NCBI GenBank assembly: GCA_017540905.1
Contig: JAFYAC010000094.1
Span: 1 to 63,567, forward strand
DNA length: 63,567 bases
Origin: Kiritimatiellia bacterium
GTDB lineage: Bacteria > Verrucomicrobiota > Kiritimatiellia > CAIQIC01 > Lenti-01
Direction: 5' to 3'
This document shows, in pieces, positions 42,570-56,634 of this stretch. The translations under genes and the position numbers were made by a program. The notes beneath the pieces are model-generated. The model made no database searches. It saw only the letters and a program-made list of their open reading frames with translations, and was not told the DNA's origin. Position 1 is the stretch's first letter. Each line of letters opens with the position of its first letter.

Positions 42570-44678
42570 TCAGGCCTTGAGGCCCTTGTCGTGCATGGCG
42601 GCCTTGCGGGAGAGGCGGACTTTGCCGTTGTCTTCGACGCTCAGGCACTTGACCCAGATCTCTTCGCCCATCTTGACGACGTCTTCGGTGCGGTTGACGC
42701 GGAAGTCCGCCAGCTCGCTGATGTGGACGAGGCCTTCCTGCCCGGGCAGGAATTCGACGAAGCAGCCGAAGTCCTTCACGCCCGTGACCTTGCCGCGGTA
42801 GATCTTGTTGACCTCGGGCTCGGCGGTGAGGGCCTGGACTTCGCGCAGGGCGGCGTCGAGGTTGACCTTGTTGTTCGAGAAGATGGAAACCTTGCCGTCG
42901 TCCTCGATGTCGATCTGGGTGCCGGTGGTCTCGGTGATGTGGCGGATGTTCTTGCCGCCGGGGCCGATCAGGGCGCCGATCTTTTCGGGGTTGATGTTGA
43001 CGACGACGATCCGCGGGGCGTACGGGGAGAGGTCCGCGCGCGGGGCCGGGATGGTGGCTTCGATCTTGTCGAGGATCTTCAGGCGGGCCTGGTAGGCGCG
43101 GTCGAAGGCGCCGGCGACGAGGTCCCACGCGAGGCCGCGGATCTTCAGGTCCACCTGGAAGCCGGTGATGCCCTTGCGGGTGCCGGCGACCTTGAAGTCC
43201 ATGTCGCCGCAGTGGTCTTCGGCGCCGATGATGTCGGTCAGCAGGACGGGGTCCTTGCCTTCGCCGGTGACCAGGCCGATGGAGATGCCCGCGACGGGGC
43301 ACTTGATCGGCACGCCGGCGTCCATCAGCGCGAGGGTGCCCACGCAGATGGAGGCCATGGAGGAGGAGCCGTTGGAGCCCATGATCTCGGAGACGAGGCG
43401 GATGGAGTACGGGTAGTCCTCGGGGACGACCTGCCGGATGGAGCGCTCGGCAAGGGCGCCGTGGCCGATTTCGCGGCGGTTGAGGCCGCCCAGGCGCTTG
43501 ACTTCGCCCGTGGAGTACGGCGGGAAGTTGTAGTGCAGGGTGAAGCGCTTCTTGATGGGGCCGCCGGTGAGGCCGTCCATTTCCTGCTCGTCCTGGCCGG
43601 TGCCGAGGGTGCAGATGCCCATGGCCTGGGTTTCGCCGCGGGAGAAGAGGGCGCTGCCGTGCACGCGCGGGAGGATGGAGACTTCGGCGCTGAGCGGGCG
43701 GAGTTCGTCGGTGGCGCGGCCGTCCATGCGTTTGTGCTTTTCGAGGACGCCGTTGCGGACGAGCTCGATCTCGATGCAGTCGAAGAGCTTCTTGAAGAGG
43801 TTCTCGGTCATGACTTCTTCGCCGTAGGCTTCGACCATCTTGGGGAAGGCGGCGTCGAAGACGGCGGCCATCTTCTGCTGGCGTTCCTGCTTCTTGACGG
43901 TGAAGAGGGCGGCTTCGAGGTCGGCGGCGCAGATTTCGCGCAGCTTGGCGAGCTGGCCTTCGTCGGGGAGGGTCTCGGTGAAGACTTTCTTGGGCAGGCC
44001 CATCTTGGCGCGCAGTTCGTCCTGCGCTTCGCAGATCTTCTCGACGGCTTCGTGGCCGAACTTCATGGCGGCGACCATGTCGGCGTTGGAGATTTCCTTG
44101 GCGGAGCCTTCGATCATCATGGGCAGGTCGTGGCGGCCGACGTAGACGAGGTCGAGGTCGCTGTCCTTCATCTGCGACTGGTCGGGGTTGAGCACGAACT
44201 GGCCGTTGATGCGGCCGACGCGGACGGCGCCGATCGGGCCGAGGAAGGGCAGTTCGCTGAGCTGGAGGGCGCAGCTGGCGGCGTTGATGGAGAGGATGTC
44301 GCTCTCGTTCTGGCCGTCGGCGGTGATCAGCATGTTGTTGATTTGGACGTCGTTGAAGAAGCCTTCCGCGAAGAGCGGGCGGATGGGGCGGTCGGTGACG
44401 CGGGCGGTGAGGATTTCCTTTTCGGTGGGGCGGCCTTCGCGCTTGAAGTAGCCGCCGGGGAAGCGGCCGGCCGCGTAGAAACGCTCGCGGTACTCGACCT
44501 GGAGCGGGAAGAAATCGATGCCCTCGCGGGGCTTGCTGGTGTTGGTGACGGCCGAGAAGACGATGGTCTCGCCCAGCTGGCAGGTGGCCTGCCCGGCGGC
44601 CTGGCGGGCGAGGAGCCCGGTCTCGAACGTCATGGTCTTGCTCCCGAGGGGGATGCTGACGGATGTGGTGTTTCTCAT
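42570..44678 (-). CDS. pnp: Polyribonucleotide nucleotidyltransferase (PNPase)
   Basis: [74 protein letters not shown] and the KH and S1 domains ([15 protein letters not shown]) are PNPase signatures. I use the ATG at 44678. Confidence 0.95.
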   Translation of the reverse strand: MRNTTSVSIPLGSKTMTFETGLLARQAAGQATCQLGETIVFSAVTNTSKPREGIDFFPLQVEYRERFYAAGRFPGGYFKREGRPTEKEILTARVTDRPIRPLFAEGFFNDVQINNMLITADGQNESDILSINAASCALQLSELPFLGPIGAVRVGRINGQFVLNPDQSQMKDSDLDLVYVGRHDLPMMIEGSAKEISNADMVAAMKFGHEAVEKICEAQDELRAKMGLPKKVFTETLPDEGQLAKLREICAADLEAALFTVKKQERQQKMAAVFDAAFPKMVEAYGEEVMTENLFKKLFDCIEIELVRNGVLEKHKRMDGRATDELRPLSAEVSILPRVHGSALFSRGETQAMGICTLGTGQDEQEMDGLTGGPIKKRFTLHYNFPPYSTGEVKRLGGLNRREIGHGALAERSIRQVVPEDYPYSIRLVSEIMGSNGSSSMASICVGTLALMDAGVPIKCPVAGISIGLVTGEGKDPVLLTDIIGAEDHCGDMDFKVAGTRKGITGFQVDLKIRGLAWDLVAGAFDRAYQARLKILDKIEATIPAPRADLSPYAPRIVVVNINPEKIGALIGPGGKNIRHITETTGTQIDIEDDGKVSIFSNNKVNLDAALREVQALTAEPEVNKIYRGKVTGVKDFGCFVEFLPGQEGLVHISELADFRVNRTEDVVKMGEEIWVKCLSVEDNGKVRLSRKAAMHDKGLKA

Positions 44679-44903
44679 TTCTCTTTCCTTCTTCTTGCTT
44701 GCTTTCTTGCTACTGCTTCTGACTTGCGGAAATGGTGATCGAAAACGCGTTGCCACCCGGACACGGCGGAACCACGCGGCGCGTCGCGGCGCGTGGATGG
44801 GAAAAGCTTTTTGCGAAACTCCGCCCGTCAACAGCCGCGGCAGGGGCCGCCAGCGTGCCGGGGGCGGGGCGGGCGCGGGGTGCGCCGGCCCCGTTGGGGC
44901 GCA

Positions 44904-45167
44904 CTAGCGGCGGAGGCCGAGGCTGGCGATGAGCTTCTGGTAGCGGGCGGTGTCGCTGCCCTTGAGGTAATCGAGGAGGCGGCGGCGCTTGCTGACCATC
45001 ACGATGAGGCCGCGGCGGGAGTTGTGGTCGCCCTTGTGCGACTGCAGGTGGGCGGTGAGGTCCTTGATGCGCCGGGTGAGGAGGGCGACCTGGACCTCGA
45101 CGGACCCGGTGTCGTTCTCGTGCTGCTGGTATTCCTGGCGGATGGCGGCTTTGACTGTGCTGTCCAT
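44904..45167 (-). CDS. rpsO: 30S ribosomal protein S15
   Basis: The product is [69 protein letters not shown]. Confidence 0.95.
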   Translation of the reverse strand: MDSTVKAAIRQEYQQHENDTGSVEVQVALLTRRIKDLTAHLQSHKGDHNSRRGLIVMVSKRRRLLDYLKGSDTARYQKLIASLGLRR

Positions 45168-45219
45168 AATGTCTTTCTACTGTATCGACTTGCTTGCTGT
45201 TTTGATTGATTGGGGCAAC

Positions 45220-45248
45220 ACTTTACGCTTCCGCCGCCCCCGTTGCAA
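45220..45248 (-). promoter_or_regulatory. Sigma70-like promoter TTGCAA-17-TAAAGT for rpsO-pnp
   Basis: The minus strand reads TTGCAA CGGGGGCGGCGGAAGCG TAAAGT. The leader to the rpsO ATG is about 45 nt. Confidence 0.55.
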
Positions 45249-45588
45249 GCATTTTCCCCGGCCCGGCGGACGATTGGGCGCATCTCCGGTTTGTGCACGG
45301 GGCGGACCAAAACCACGCTTGCATATTCCCGCGCGGGGCGCATGGTGGGGCGAGGCGTCCCCGCCGAGCCGTTCTTGCCGGTTTTCCAGACCTTCTGCCC
45401 CCTTCCACACCGGCTCGCCGGGGACGGCTCGCCCCACCAAGAGCCTTGCCATCCAATCAAGGGGCACCAAAAGTCGAGGCGGAAGGGAGGAGGGGGCCCA
45501 AACCGGAGATGCGCTCCTCCCCCCGGGACGCGGCACTCCCCCCGCCGCACGACTTTCGGGCTTCCGGCTTCCGCGTCCAACCGCTATC

Positions 45589-46794
45589 ATGCCGCCCATG
45601 ACCCAAGCTCCCCTTCCAGACATCCCGCCCGCACCCGCCGGAACTTCCGGCGGCGCCTTGGTCGTCTCCTGGTACACCGTGCAGGACGAATCCAGCGGCG
45701 GGCGCCGCCGCATCGCCGAACTCCTCCGCGCCCTGGCCCCGGGGGTGCGCCTCCTCCAGCCCGCCCCGGCCCATCCCGGATTTCCCGGCGCCGGGTTCCC
45801 CCGCGACTTCGGCCGCCGCAAGATCGGCATCAACTGGGGGATGTTCAATTTCCGCTGGCCCGCCAACCGCCGCCTGGCCCGCCGCCTCGCCGCCGAATGG
45901 CGCCCCTCCGTCATCGTGTCCACCTCCATCTGGTGCCATGCCGCGTTCGAAGGGCTCGGCATCCCGCGCATCCTCGACGCGCAGAACGTCGACGCCGAAA
46001 CCATCGCCGAGCGCTTCGGCCTCCGGCATCCCTTCACCCGCCTCGTGGCCCGCGCCGAGCGCCGCGCCCTCGCAGAATCGGAACTCGTGTTCTGCTGCTC
46101 CGCCATCGACGCGGACCGCTTCCGCGGCGCCTACGGCGTGCCGGCGGAAAAGCTCCTGGTCGTGCCCAACGGCGTCACCATACCCGGCACCCCGCCCGAG
46201 CCCTCGCCCGAGGCCCTGGCCATGAAAGCGCGCGACGCCGGCAAGACCATCCTCTACTTCATGGGCAAGACCGACTACGCCCCCAACGCCGAAGCCATGC
46301 GCTGGATCGCCTCCACCCTGCTCCCCGAACTCGACCGCCGCGCCCCCGGGCGCTTCGCCTGCTGGATCAGCGGCACGGGCCCCGGCCTTCCGCCCGGGGC
46401 GGACCACCCTTCCGTGCGCTGGCTCGGGCGGGTGCCGTCGGTCCCCCCCTGGCTGGCGGCGGCCGACATCGCGATCGCGCCCGTGGAGAGCGGCGGCGGC
46501 ACCCGCCTCAAGATCCTCGAGTTCCTGGGCGCCGGCAAAGCCCTCGTGGCCACCCCGAAGGCCGCCGAAGGCATCGACCTCCAACCCGGCACCGACGCCG
46601 TCCTCGCGCCCCTCGCCGGGTTCGCCGACGCCGTCCTCGCGCTCGCCGCCGATCCGGACCGCGCGGCGGCGCTGGCCCGTTCCGGCCGCGCCAGGATGCT
46701 TTCCTCCTACACGTGGGAATCGGTCCACGCCCGCTGGCGCGCCGCCCTGGCCCCCTACCTCCGGGCCACTTCGCCGGGGAGCCCCGCGCCATGA
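45589..46794 (+). CDS. Glycosyltransferase, GT4/GT1 (GT-B fold) family
   Basis: The C-terminal half carries YFMGKTDYAPNAEAM...AADIAIAPVESGGGTRLKILEFLGAGKALVATPKAAEG, an EX7E-like motif. The start is ATG at 45589 or 45598. Confidence 0.8.
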   Translation: MPPMTQAPLPDIPPAPAGTSGGALVVSWYTVQDESSGGRRRIAELLRALAPGVRLLQPAPAHPGFPGAGFPRDFGRRKIGINWGMFNFRWPANRRLARRLAAEWRPSVIVSTSIWCHAAFEGLGIPRILDAQNVDAETIAERFGLRHPFTRLVARAERRALAESELVFCCSAIDADRFRGAYGVPAEKLLVVPNGVTIPGTPPEPSPEALAMKARDAGKTILYFMGKTDYAPNAEAMRWIASTLLPELDRRAPGRFACWISGTGPGLPPGADHPSVRWLGRVPSVPPWLAAADIAIAPVESGGGTRLKILEFLGAGKALVATPKAAEGIDLQPGTDAVLAPLAGFADAVLALAADPDRAAALARSGRARMLSSYTWESVHARWRAALAPYLRATSPGSPAP

Positions 46795-47375
46795 AATTCG
46801 CCGGACGGGCCGCTTTGCGCTTCCTCGGCGTGCGCGGGGAGCCGGACGACGCCCTGCGCGGATGCCTAGCGGATGCCGCGGAGCGCGTCCTCGCGGCGGC
46901 CTCGCCGAACTGGACGGCTCGGCTCTTCCCGCTGCAAATCGACGGCGAAGCGCTGGACTTCGGCGGCGGTACGCTCGCTTTCCGCAGCCGGGACCTCGCG
47001 CGCAACCTGCGCGGATGCGACCGGGCGTTCCTTTTCGCGGCGACGCTCGGCGCGGGGGTGGACCGCCTCGTGCGGGGGCGGGAGGCCGTCGGCGAGATGG
47101 CCGACGCGGCGCTGCTGCAGGCCGTCGCGGGCGAGCTCGCGGACTCGCTGTGCGAGGATGTCGTGGCGGAGCTCGCGCGCAATCCGGCCGTCGCGGGCCG
47201 CCCCCTGCGCCACCGCTACTCCCCCGGCTACGGCGACTGTTCCCTCTCCATCCAGCCCGCCTTCCTCGCCGCGCTCGACGCCACGCGCCGCGTCGGAATT
47301 GCCCTGACTGGCGCCAACCTCATGGTCCCGACGAAAAGCGTGACGGCTTTCGTCGGGGTGGAAAAACCGGATTGA
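46791..47375 (+). CDS. Stand-alone methionine synthase reactivation (AdoMet-binding, Met_synt_B12) domain protein
   Basis: RHRYSPGYGDCSLSIQPAFLAALDATRRVGIALTGANLMVPTKSVTAFVGV is the RxxSPGYGD signature of short activation-domain proteins. Its ATG overlaps the GT4 stop as ATGA. Confidence 0.8.
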   Translation: MKFAGRAALRFLGVRGEPDDALRGCLADAAERVLAAASPNWTARLFPLQIDGEALDFGGGTLAFRSRDLARNLRGCDRAFLFAATLGAGVDRLVRGREAVGEMADAALLQAVAGELADSLCEDVVAELARNPAVAGRPLRHRYSPGYGDCSLSIQPAFLAALDATRRVGIALTGANLMVPTKSVTAFVGVEKPD

Positions 47376-47381
47376 AACGCC

Positions 47382-47668
47382 ACGAATGCAAAGCGCATGG
47401 AAAGTACCAGTATTCTCCCCCCTCCGAGAGGGGGGTGGCGCGGCCATGACCGGGATGCCCATGCATCGCGAAAGACAAGTGACAGAGGCCGCGACGGGGG
47501 GAGTACTGCGGTCGGCCGTTGCGGCAAGCGAGCCTTTGCAGCAGCAACAAGCAAAACAAACCTTTTTCGGTTGGAGCGTGCGGAAGATTGCGTCAACGGC
47601 ATCCCGCAATACTCCCCCCGCCGCTGAAGCGGCACCCCCCTCTCGGAGGGGGGGAGTGCTGGCGCACG
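47382..47668. mobile_element. Foldback element FB1 copy b (about 287 bp; ends not precisely defined)
   Basis: The left arm is CACGAATGCAAAGCGC...CCCCCCTCCGAGAGGGGGGTGGCGCGGCCATG...GACGGGGGGAGTACTGCGGTCGGCCGT. The right arm carries CCGCAATACTCCCCCC...CACCCCCCTCTCGGAGGGGGGG in inverted orientation. Confidence 0.65.
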
Positions 47669-47761
47669 GTCCATTCACCGTATACAAGCTCACCGACAAC
47701 ATCTCGGATTTCCCTTTCCTATCGTCATTGTGAAGAATCAAAACAAAACTGAATCCATAGC

Positions 47762-50218
<2,457 letters not shown>

Positions 50219-50530
50219 GCGGGGAAAAAACCATACCGCCTTTTTGGGCGAACACGATGGACAACCGGCAAAATTGTCCATGTTTCCCCATAGTCACCCA
50301 TCCATCGGCGCGGCTGTAAACCGCACATCCCAAAATGCGGATGCACGAGTACATCGTAAAGTCAAAACATTCGTATTGGCCGATTGCGGGTAGGGCGGGC
50401 AGTGCTCTGCCCGCCGTGCGAAAGGGGTGTGGCATGAATGCAAATCCATGCGCAAGACAGGCACACGGCGGCGAAGGGACTCGCCGCCCTACCCCGAAAA
50501 CATGCGAAAGAATGAACTTTACGCTGTACT

Positions 50531-50720
50531 GGAGCGGTTTCAGAAACAGTGTGGCCGCCGTCCATTGTGTCGCCACCTTTTCGTTCGCGGACGCGCAGAA
50601 GCGCGTCCCTCCCTGTGGAGAGCGCACGGCCGCGCTTCGTCGCGGCCGCGCGAACGGGGTGTTTCCGGCATGTTCTTGGAGCGCCCTTTGGCGACGGTCA
50701 GGACGGAGCCGGGCCCTCCC
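50531..50720. repeat. Family C (+) followed directly by family H1 (-) repeats
   Basis: GGAGCGGTTTCAGAAACAGTGTGGCCGCCGTCCATTGTGTCGCCACCTTTTCGTTCGCGGACGCGCAGAAGCGCGTCCCTCCCTGTGGAGAGCGC is followed by ...GGCCGCGCTTCGTCGCGGCC...GGACGGAGCCGGGCCCTCCC. Confidence 0.8.
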
Positions 50721-50842
50721 ATGGATACGGCTGCCCTTTTCATTGTTTGCCCTGGATCGGTTCAAGGACCGGCGCCTTCCTTCGCCATGACTGGCTCCGG
50801 CGGGCCGGGGCGACCCGCCTCCCCCATCCCCTCCGTTGCCCG

Positions 50843-51469
50843 TCACTTGTTCGCCAATGCCATGAGGCGGATGACGACATCCAGGAGCCCAGCGCCCAGT
50901 GCGGCCGCGGCAATCCAGAAGCACGTCTTCGCCGGACCGAGCGCCGACTTGGCCCCCTCGACGTCGTGATCCGCCAGGCGGCCCCTCACCACCGCGCGGC
51001 AACACATCGCGGCGATGCCGAAAACCAAGGCAATACCCAGAAACCACCAGAGTTCGTGCCAGAAGAAGCAGGCAATCATCAGAGGGAGGCCGCCGAAAAC
51101 CGGATCGATCAGACACCCGGAAAAATTGGCCCAATCGACAGCCTGTCCTTCGATCTCCTGGCCCATCCGCACCGCTTCGTCGTATTTGCGGGCGTCCGCC
51201 GTGCGCCCCGCCGCCCGCACGGGCGGCGGCCCCGCCTTCCTTCCGTCTACCGGCATCCCGCATTCGGGACAGAACTTCTGCCCCGCCTCCAGCTTGCCGC
51301 CGCAGGCCGCGCAGAACTGCACTCCCGTTGCGGGATTGTCCGCCTCCTTCTCCCCATCCTGCCGCTTCTGCTCTGACTTCTTCACCCACTTGAGCAACAC
51401 TCCGCACTGCGGACACTGCGAATCCTCCCGCGTGATTTCCTGCCCGCATTTCGGGCATTTCGTGCTCAT
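50843..51469 (-). CDS. Double zinc-ribbon membrane protein (hypothetical)
   Basis: MSTKCPKCGQEI..CPQCG and FCAACGGKL...CPECG form two CxxC...CxxC ribbons. Transmembrane helices follow. Confidence 0.7.
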   Translation of the reverse strand: MSTKCPKCGQEITREDSQCPQCGVLLKWVKKSEQKRQDGEKEADNPATGVQFCAACGGKLEAGQKFCPECGMPVDGRKAGPPPVRAAGRTADARKYDEAVRMGQEIEGQAVDWANFSGCLIDPVFGGLPLMIACFFWHELWWFLGIALVFGIAAMCCRAVVRGRLADHDVEGAKSALGPAKTCFWIAAAALGAGLLDVVIRLMALANK

Positions 51470-51607
51470 TCCTTGCCTCGCTTTCGTTTTATTTCAAGAC
51501 CTTGTTCACCTTCCGGGATGTCTGCGTCCTGATGTCCGCGGGCTTGTCCACCCACCCCGGACGACAGGAGCATTTTGGCGCTTCCCGGGAACAGTCCGGA
51601 CAGGCCC

Positions 51608-52621
51608 TCATTCCAGGTTCCGGACCACGCAGTCGTGGAACTTGAGTTCGTGGAGCATCGCATCGCCGATCCGTCCCTCAGCCGTGATGGTCTGGCCGAC
51701 ACGGAACCGCTTGCCCTCGGATTCGGCCATGTTCGGGAAGTTCAGCCACACGCCGGCCCCGTAGAGGTCGATTTTGATTTTGACGCCGCCGAGCAGCTTG
51801 CTGTCGATCTTCAGGATCTTGGCCCGGACCACGACCCGTTTCCCGCGGAAGCGGGCGTGCTGCCTGGCGTTCTCTTCGTCGTCCACGATGCCGTTCCCGG
51901 TGTTCTGGTAGTAGTTCATGGCCCGGCTGATTTCCCGGTAGGCGGCGCTCGTCAGCGGCAGGCCGTTGGCGATGCAGTAGTCCGCGGACTCCATCTTCCT
52001 CTGTTCGGCGGCCTTCCGCGCCGCTTCCTCCTCGCGCGCCTTGCGTTCCTCCTCCTGCCGGGCCATCTCCGCGCGGCGCTGTTCCTCGCGGGCCTTGCGT
52101 TCCGCCTCCTGCCGGGCCATCTCCGCACGCCGCTGTTCTTCGGCGAGACGCTGCCTTTCCGCCGCCGCCGCGCGTTCGGTGGCGAGGCGGTGCTCGACCG
52201 CCTTGATGGAAACCTCGAATTTGGCGAGGGACTCCTTCATGCCCGGAACGGGATGCCCGTTCGATTCCGCCTGGAGGGCGGCGAAGGAAAGCCTCTCCAC
52301 GGCCGCGCGGGCGTCTTGGAGCCACTTCTCGTTGTGCTCGCCCCCGTTGAGGAAGAGCGGGGCGGTCTCGCGGTTGAGAATCAGCGAGGCCAGGCGGCCG
52401 TACGCCTCGCCGTTGCCCAGCGCGCACGCCTCCTTGTAAAGCTGTTCGGCCTTCCCGAACTCGCCCTTGGCCTCGCAGCGGACGCCGTCGCGCAACTTGG
52501 CCGCATCGGGCGGCACCCGTTCGCAACCCGCGGCCGCGGCAAGCGCCAAGGCCAGGGCCAGCGCCGCCCGGCGCGAAAGGATGGACTGGAAAAATCCCGC
52601 ATCTGTCGATTTCTTGTTCAT
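51608..52621 (-). CDS. Lipoprotein with Sel1-like repeat, duplicated coiled coil and a C-terminal beta-rich domain (hypothetical)
   Basis: MNKKSTDAGFFQSILSRRAALALALALAAAAGC carries the lipobox. GEFGKAEQLYKEACALGNGEAYGRLA is Sel1-like. EQRRAEMARQE(A/E)ERKARE occurs twice. I use the ATG at 52621. Confidence 0.7.
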   Translation of the reverse strand: MNKKSTDAGFFQSILSRRAALALALALAAAAGCERVPPDAAKLRDGVRCEAKGEFGKAEQLYKEACALGNGEAYGRLASLILNRETAPLFLNGGEHNEKWLQDARAAVERLSFAALQAESNGHPVPGMKESLAKFEVSIKAVEHRLATERAAAAERQRLAEEQRRAEMARQEAERKAREEQRRAEMARQEEERKAREEEAARKAAEQRKMESADYCIANGLPLTSAAYREISRAMNYYQNTGNGIVDDEENARQHARFRGKRVVVRAKILKIDSKLLGGVKIKIDLYGAGVWLNFPNMAESEGKRFRVGQTITAEGRIGDAMLHELKFHDCVVRNLE

Positions 52622-52665
52622 TGTTTTCCTCTTTCTGTCTCTTTTTGAAATGTACGTTCCCGGCA

Positions 52666-53631
<966 letters not shown>

Positions 53632-53674
53632 GTTTCTCTCCTCGGGAACAACCCCGTCCTTTGCGTTCCGGCTT

Positions 53675-56095
53675 TCATTCGCCCGGTGAATTCCACGATT
53701 CCATCCCCCTCCGGGACCCATCGATGAAACCCTCGCCGAACGATTCCAGCCAGCTGCCGGAATTGGCTTCCCCGGAATCCTCCCATTCCGGGAATGCATC
53801 CTGTATCTCCTGGGGGGAAGCGCCACCCAGCGCGGCCTGGAACTTCAACACGGCTTCCAATGTCTGGATGTCCTCCTTCGAGCTCCCGGTGGCCATCAGG
53901 GCCTGGCGCACGAGCCTTGCCGCATCGGCTTCCGCGGACCGGTTCAAGGTGTTGCGCACCATCTTCCGGGCGTCTTCCGGCAGCTTCCGGATGGCGGCCT
54001 CCCGCACCTCGGACTCCTCGGCGGACAACGCGACTTCGCGCAGGAGGGCCTCGTCATCGAGTTGGCGGATTGCCGCTTTCCGGGTTTCGGGGTCGGGGTC
54101 CGTCTTTGCAATCTGCGCCAGGAAGCCCTGGTCGACCACGCGGCCCAGGGCCGCCCGCCGGACAGAGGCATCCGTTTCGCCCAACACGATTCCGCGCAGG
54201 GCGGTTTCGTCGTCGAGCCGCTCGACGGCCCACTTCCGGTTTTCGGCGGAGGTGTCGGCCTTCGCGATTTCCGCCAGGATGGACTGGTCGTCCACGCGGG
54301 CCAGGGCCGAACGCCGGACGGAGGCGTCGGCATCCTGTTGCGCGATGGTTGTCAGAAAGACCGGATCGCCGATTTTCGCAACCGCGGCCGCCCGGACTTC
54401 CGCCGATTGGTCGTTGGTTGCCGCCTGTTGCAGGACATCGGCGGCTTGAAGGCGCTGGACGGCGAGAAGGCGGACCTCCGATGCCGGGTCGTTCCGCGCG
54501 ATCCTGGACAGGATGGACTGGTCGCCCGTCTTTGCGACTGCCGCGCGCCGGACGCCGGCGCTGGCATCGGATTGGGCGATTTCGCCGATTGCGGCGGCAT
54601 CCGACAGCTTGCCGACGGCCGCTTCGCGCACCGCCGGACTGGAATCCGTTTGCGTCGCCCGCCGGAACACGTCCTGGTCCGCCGATTGGCCCACGGCGGC
54701 CAGACGGACGGCCTCGTCGGCATCGCTGGCCACGACCTCTTTCAGGACGGCGGGGTCGGTGATTTTGCGGACGGTCCGCAACCGGACCTCCGCATCGCCG
54801 GATTTCCGCACGATGGCCTCGAGCGCCTTCGGGTGCTTGATCCGGTCAAGGGCGGCGAGCCTGTTTTCCTGCTCGGGGTCTTTCGCGACCGAGGCAACAA
54901 GGAAGGCAGGGTTGTCGATTTTCCCGACAGCGGCCTTCCTGGCGTCCGCATCGGGCGCATGGGCGGCGATGTCCGCCAAGACGGCTTCCGTCCCGATCCG
55001 GCCGACGGCAAGCTGCTTGAGGGAGGGGTGCACGACCGGAGATTTCGCGATGCCGGCCAGAACGGACTCCTGCCTGATTTTCCCGATGGCCGCCGATTTG
55101 ATTTCCGGCAAGGAGGAGCGGGTTTGCACGACTTGGCTCAGCGGAGCGTCGCCGGAAACGCGGTCCAGGAATCTTGCCGCGACATCCAGATCGCCGGATT
55201 CGGAGGCCAATGCGGCGTACCGCTGTTCGGGCAGGCCGGAGACTCGGTCCGCGGCCGTTTGGCGGATTTCCGGGACGGAGGAATGGATGGCGATGTCGGC
55301 GAGGGTTTCGGGGTCGTCGATCCGGGCGAGGGCGGAAAGACCGCTGTTTTTGGTCGCCGGATGTTTGGCCCTGGCCACGAGGATGTCGAGGGAAGTGTCG
55401 TCCTCAAGCAACCGCTCTTCGGACCCCGAAAGGCGCTTTCCGCCCAGGAGTCGTTGTTTGGCCTTCAATCTCATGGCCGAGACGGCCTTGTCATAACGCG
55501 CTTGGGTGAGGGAATCGAAAATGGCCTTTGCCATGGACTCCGACCACGGAGGGGAGCCACTGCCCGGGCCTTCCGAAGAGAAGAGGTCTCGGAGTCCGAG
55601 GGGCAGCAAGAACCAGCTGGCGATGTCCGTGGTGCTCCGCTCGCCACGGAATTCGGTTTTTTCCCCGGGGAGGGTGGTCGATATTTCCCATTTGTGGGTG
55701 CTGGTGTCCCAATGGGGGAACACAAAGCACGAGCCCAGGAACAACAGCCCCGTCAGCATCTTCGTGCCGTCCGAAGTCTCCTCGAGGCCGAGGTAACGGA
55801 GGTCGACGCTGTACGGGACTGGGGGCAGGGATGGGTTCTGCCCCTTTTCGAGCTTTTGCAGTTCCGCCTTGAGGGCGTTTTCGAATTCCCGGTCGTGCTC
55901 GTCGTCCGAAACGGCCTGCACCCGGAAGTTGGTTGCGGAGCCGGAGGAGGCGGGTTTGTGCTTCACGTCGAACGAAGTCGAATGGAATCGCGTGACGCAC
56001 CCGTCGCAGAACAGGGCAACGGACAATGCCAAACCGATGCAGGCAAGGAAGCGGGGGGTGATTCCCGCCGCAGCCAACATTCTTCCGTTTTTCAT
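53675..56095 (-). CDS. Lipoprotein with about 15 PBS-lyase/HEAT-like repeats
   Basis: MKNGRMLAAAGITPRFLACIGLALSVALFCDGC carries the lipobox. Iterated ...VR.AAV.K..D...L..IA... units follow (for example SAGVRRAAVAKTGDQSILSRIARNDPASEVRLLAV). I use the ATG at 56095. Confidence 0.8.
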   Translation of the reverse strand: MKNGRMLAAAGITPRFLACIGLALSVALFCDGCVTRFHSTSFDVKHKPASSGSATNFRVQAVSDDEHDREFENALKAELQKLEKGQNPSLPPVPYSVDLRYLGLEETSDGTKMLTGLLFLGSCFVFPHWDTSTHKWEISTTLPGEKTEFRGERSTTDIASWFLLPLGLRDLFSSEGPGSGSPPWSESMAKAIFDSLTQARYDKAVSAMRLKAKQRLLGGKRLSGSEERLLEDDTSLDILVARAKHPATKNSGLSALARIDDPETLADIAIHSSVPEIRQTAADRVSGLPEQRYAALASESGDLDVAARFLDRVSGDAPLSQVVQTRSSLPEIKSAAIGKIRQESVLAGIAKSPVVHPSLKQLAVGRIGTEAVLADIAAHAPDADARKAAVGKIDNPAFLVASVAKDPEQENRLAALDRIKHPKALEAIVRKSGDAEVRLRTVRKITDPAVLKEVVASDADEAVRLAAVGQSADQDVFRRATQTDSSPAVREAAVGKLSDAAAIGEIAQSDASAGVRRAAVAKTGDQSILSRIARNDPASEVRLLAVQRLQAADVLQQAATNDQSAEVRAAAVAKIGDPVFLTTIAQQDADASVRRSALARVDDQSILAEIAKADTSAENRKWAVERLDDETALRGIVLGETDASVRRAALGRVVDQGFLAQIAKTDPDPETRKAAIRQLDDEALLREVALSAEESEVREAAIRKLPEDARKMVRNTLNRSAEADAARLVRQALMATGSSKEDIQTLEAVLKFQAALGGASPQEIQDAFPEWEDSGEANSGSWLESFGEGFIDGSRRGMESWNSPGE

Positions 56096-56634
56096 CGCTC
56101 GTCTCCTCCGGCCCAGGGTTGCTCCGGCGGAAGGGCGCCCAGACCGGAAAAAGGGCGCGCTTCCGTTCGTGCGCAACTGGGGCCCTGAGAATGCCGGTAA
56201 AGACACGGAGGAAACGCGCCCGCAAGGGACGCGCCTCTCTCCGCAAACGGCCGTCGTTCACTCGAATTTCTCAGGTTCCAGTTGCACGGCACATCTTGCG
56301 AAAGATGCGGAAAACAGAATGTCCGACGCGGGCGACCGGCTGGGTGCCGGCCATCCATCGTCGCTTTCAGCTTATCCGCCTCCTCCGTGTCCGTCAAATG
56401 CATAATCCTTCCGTGTCGGTTCCGCGCCGGCGGCCGATTCCGCCGGGGGTTCCATATCCATACTCACCGGCCCGGGCGGAATCTGACGGAGTTTTTCCCG
56501 ATTGTGCAAAACGGGCCTGCGGAGCGGAGGCGCGGAAGTCCACATGGATCGCAAGCGGCGCTGGAGCGGTTCAAGTCATTCTGTGGCTTCCCTGCCGTTT
56601 CCCAACCACAAGGTCGCGCTTCCGCGCGACCGTT

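Noticed and set aside
33816-44738. Long track ORFs 33816..37073(-), 34046..37600(+), 39083..41536(-), 39418..41538(+), 42178..43302(-) N-terminal part, and 42534..44738(+)
   Set aside because: These are off-frame or antisense shadows of comEC, the GH172-like gene and pnp. The real frames carry family motifs and sensible hydrophobicity patterns.
45168-45588. Riboswitch or structured RNA (cobalamin, SAM, RNase P, SRP) in the 420-bp spacer upstream of the GT4 / MetH-activation genes
   Set aside because: I could not find a B12 box, a SAM-I core, an RNase P GGAAAGUCC motif or an SRP motif by eye. The spacer contains the rpsO promoter on the other strand and hairpin modules similar to the dispersed repeats. 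An Infernal scan would be needed to be sure.
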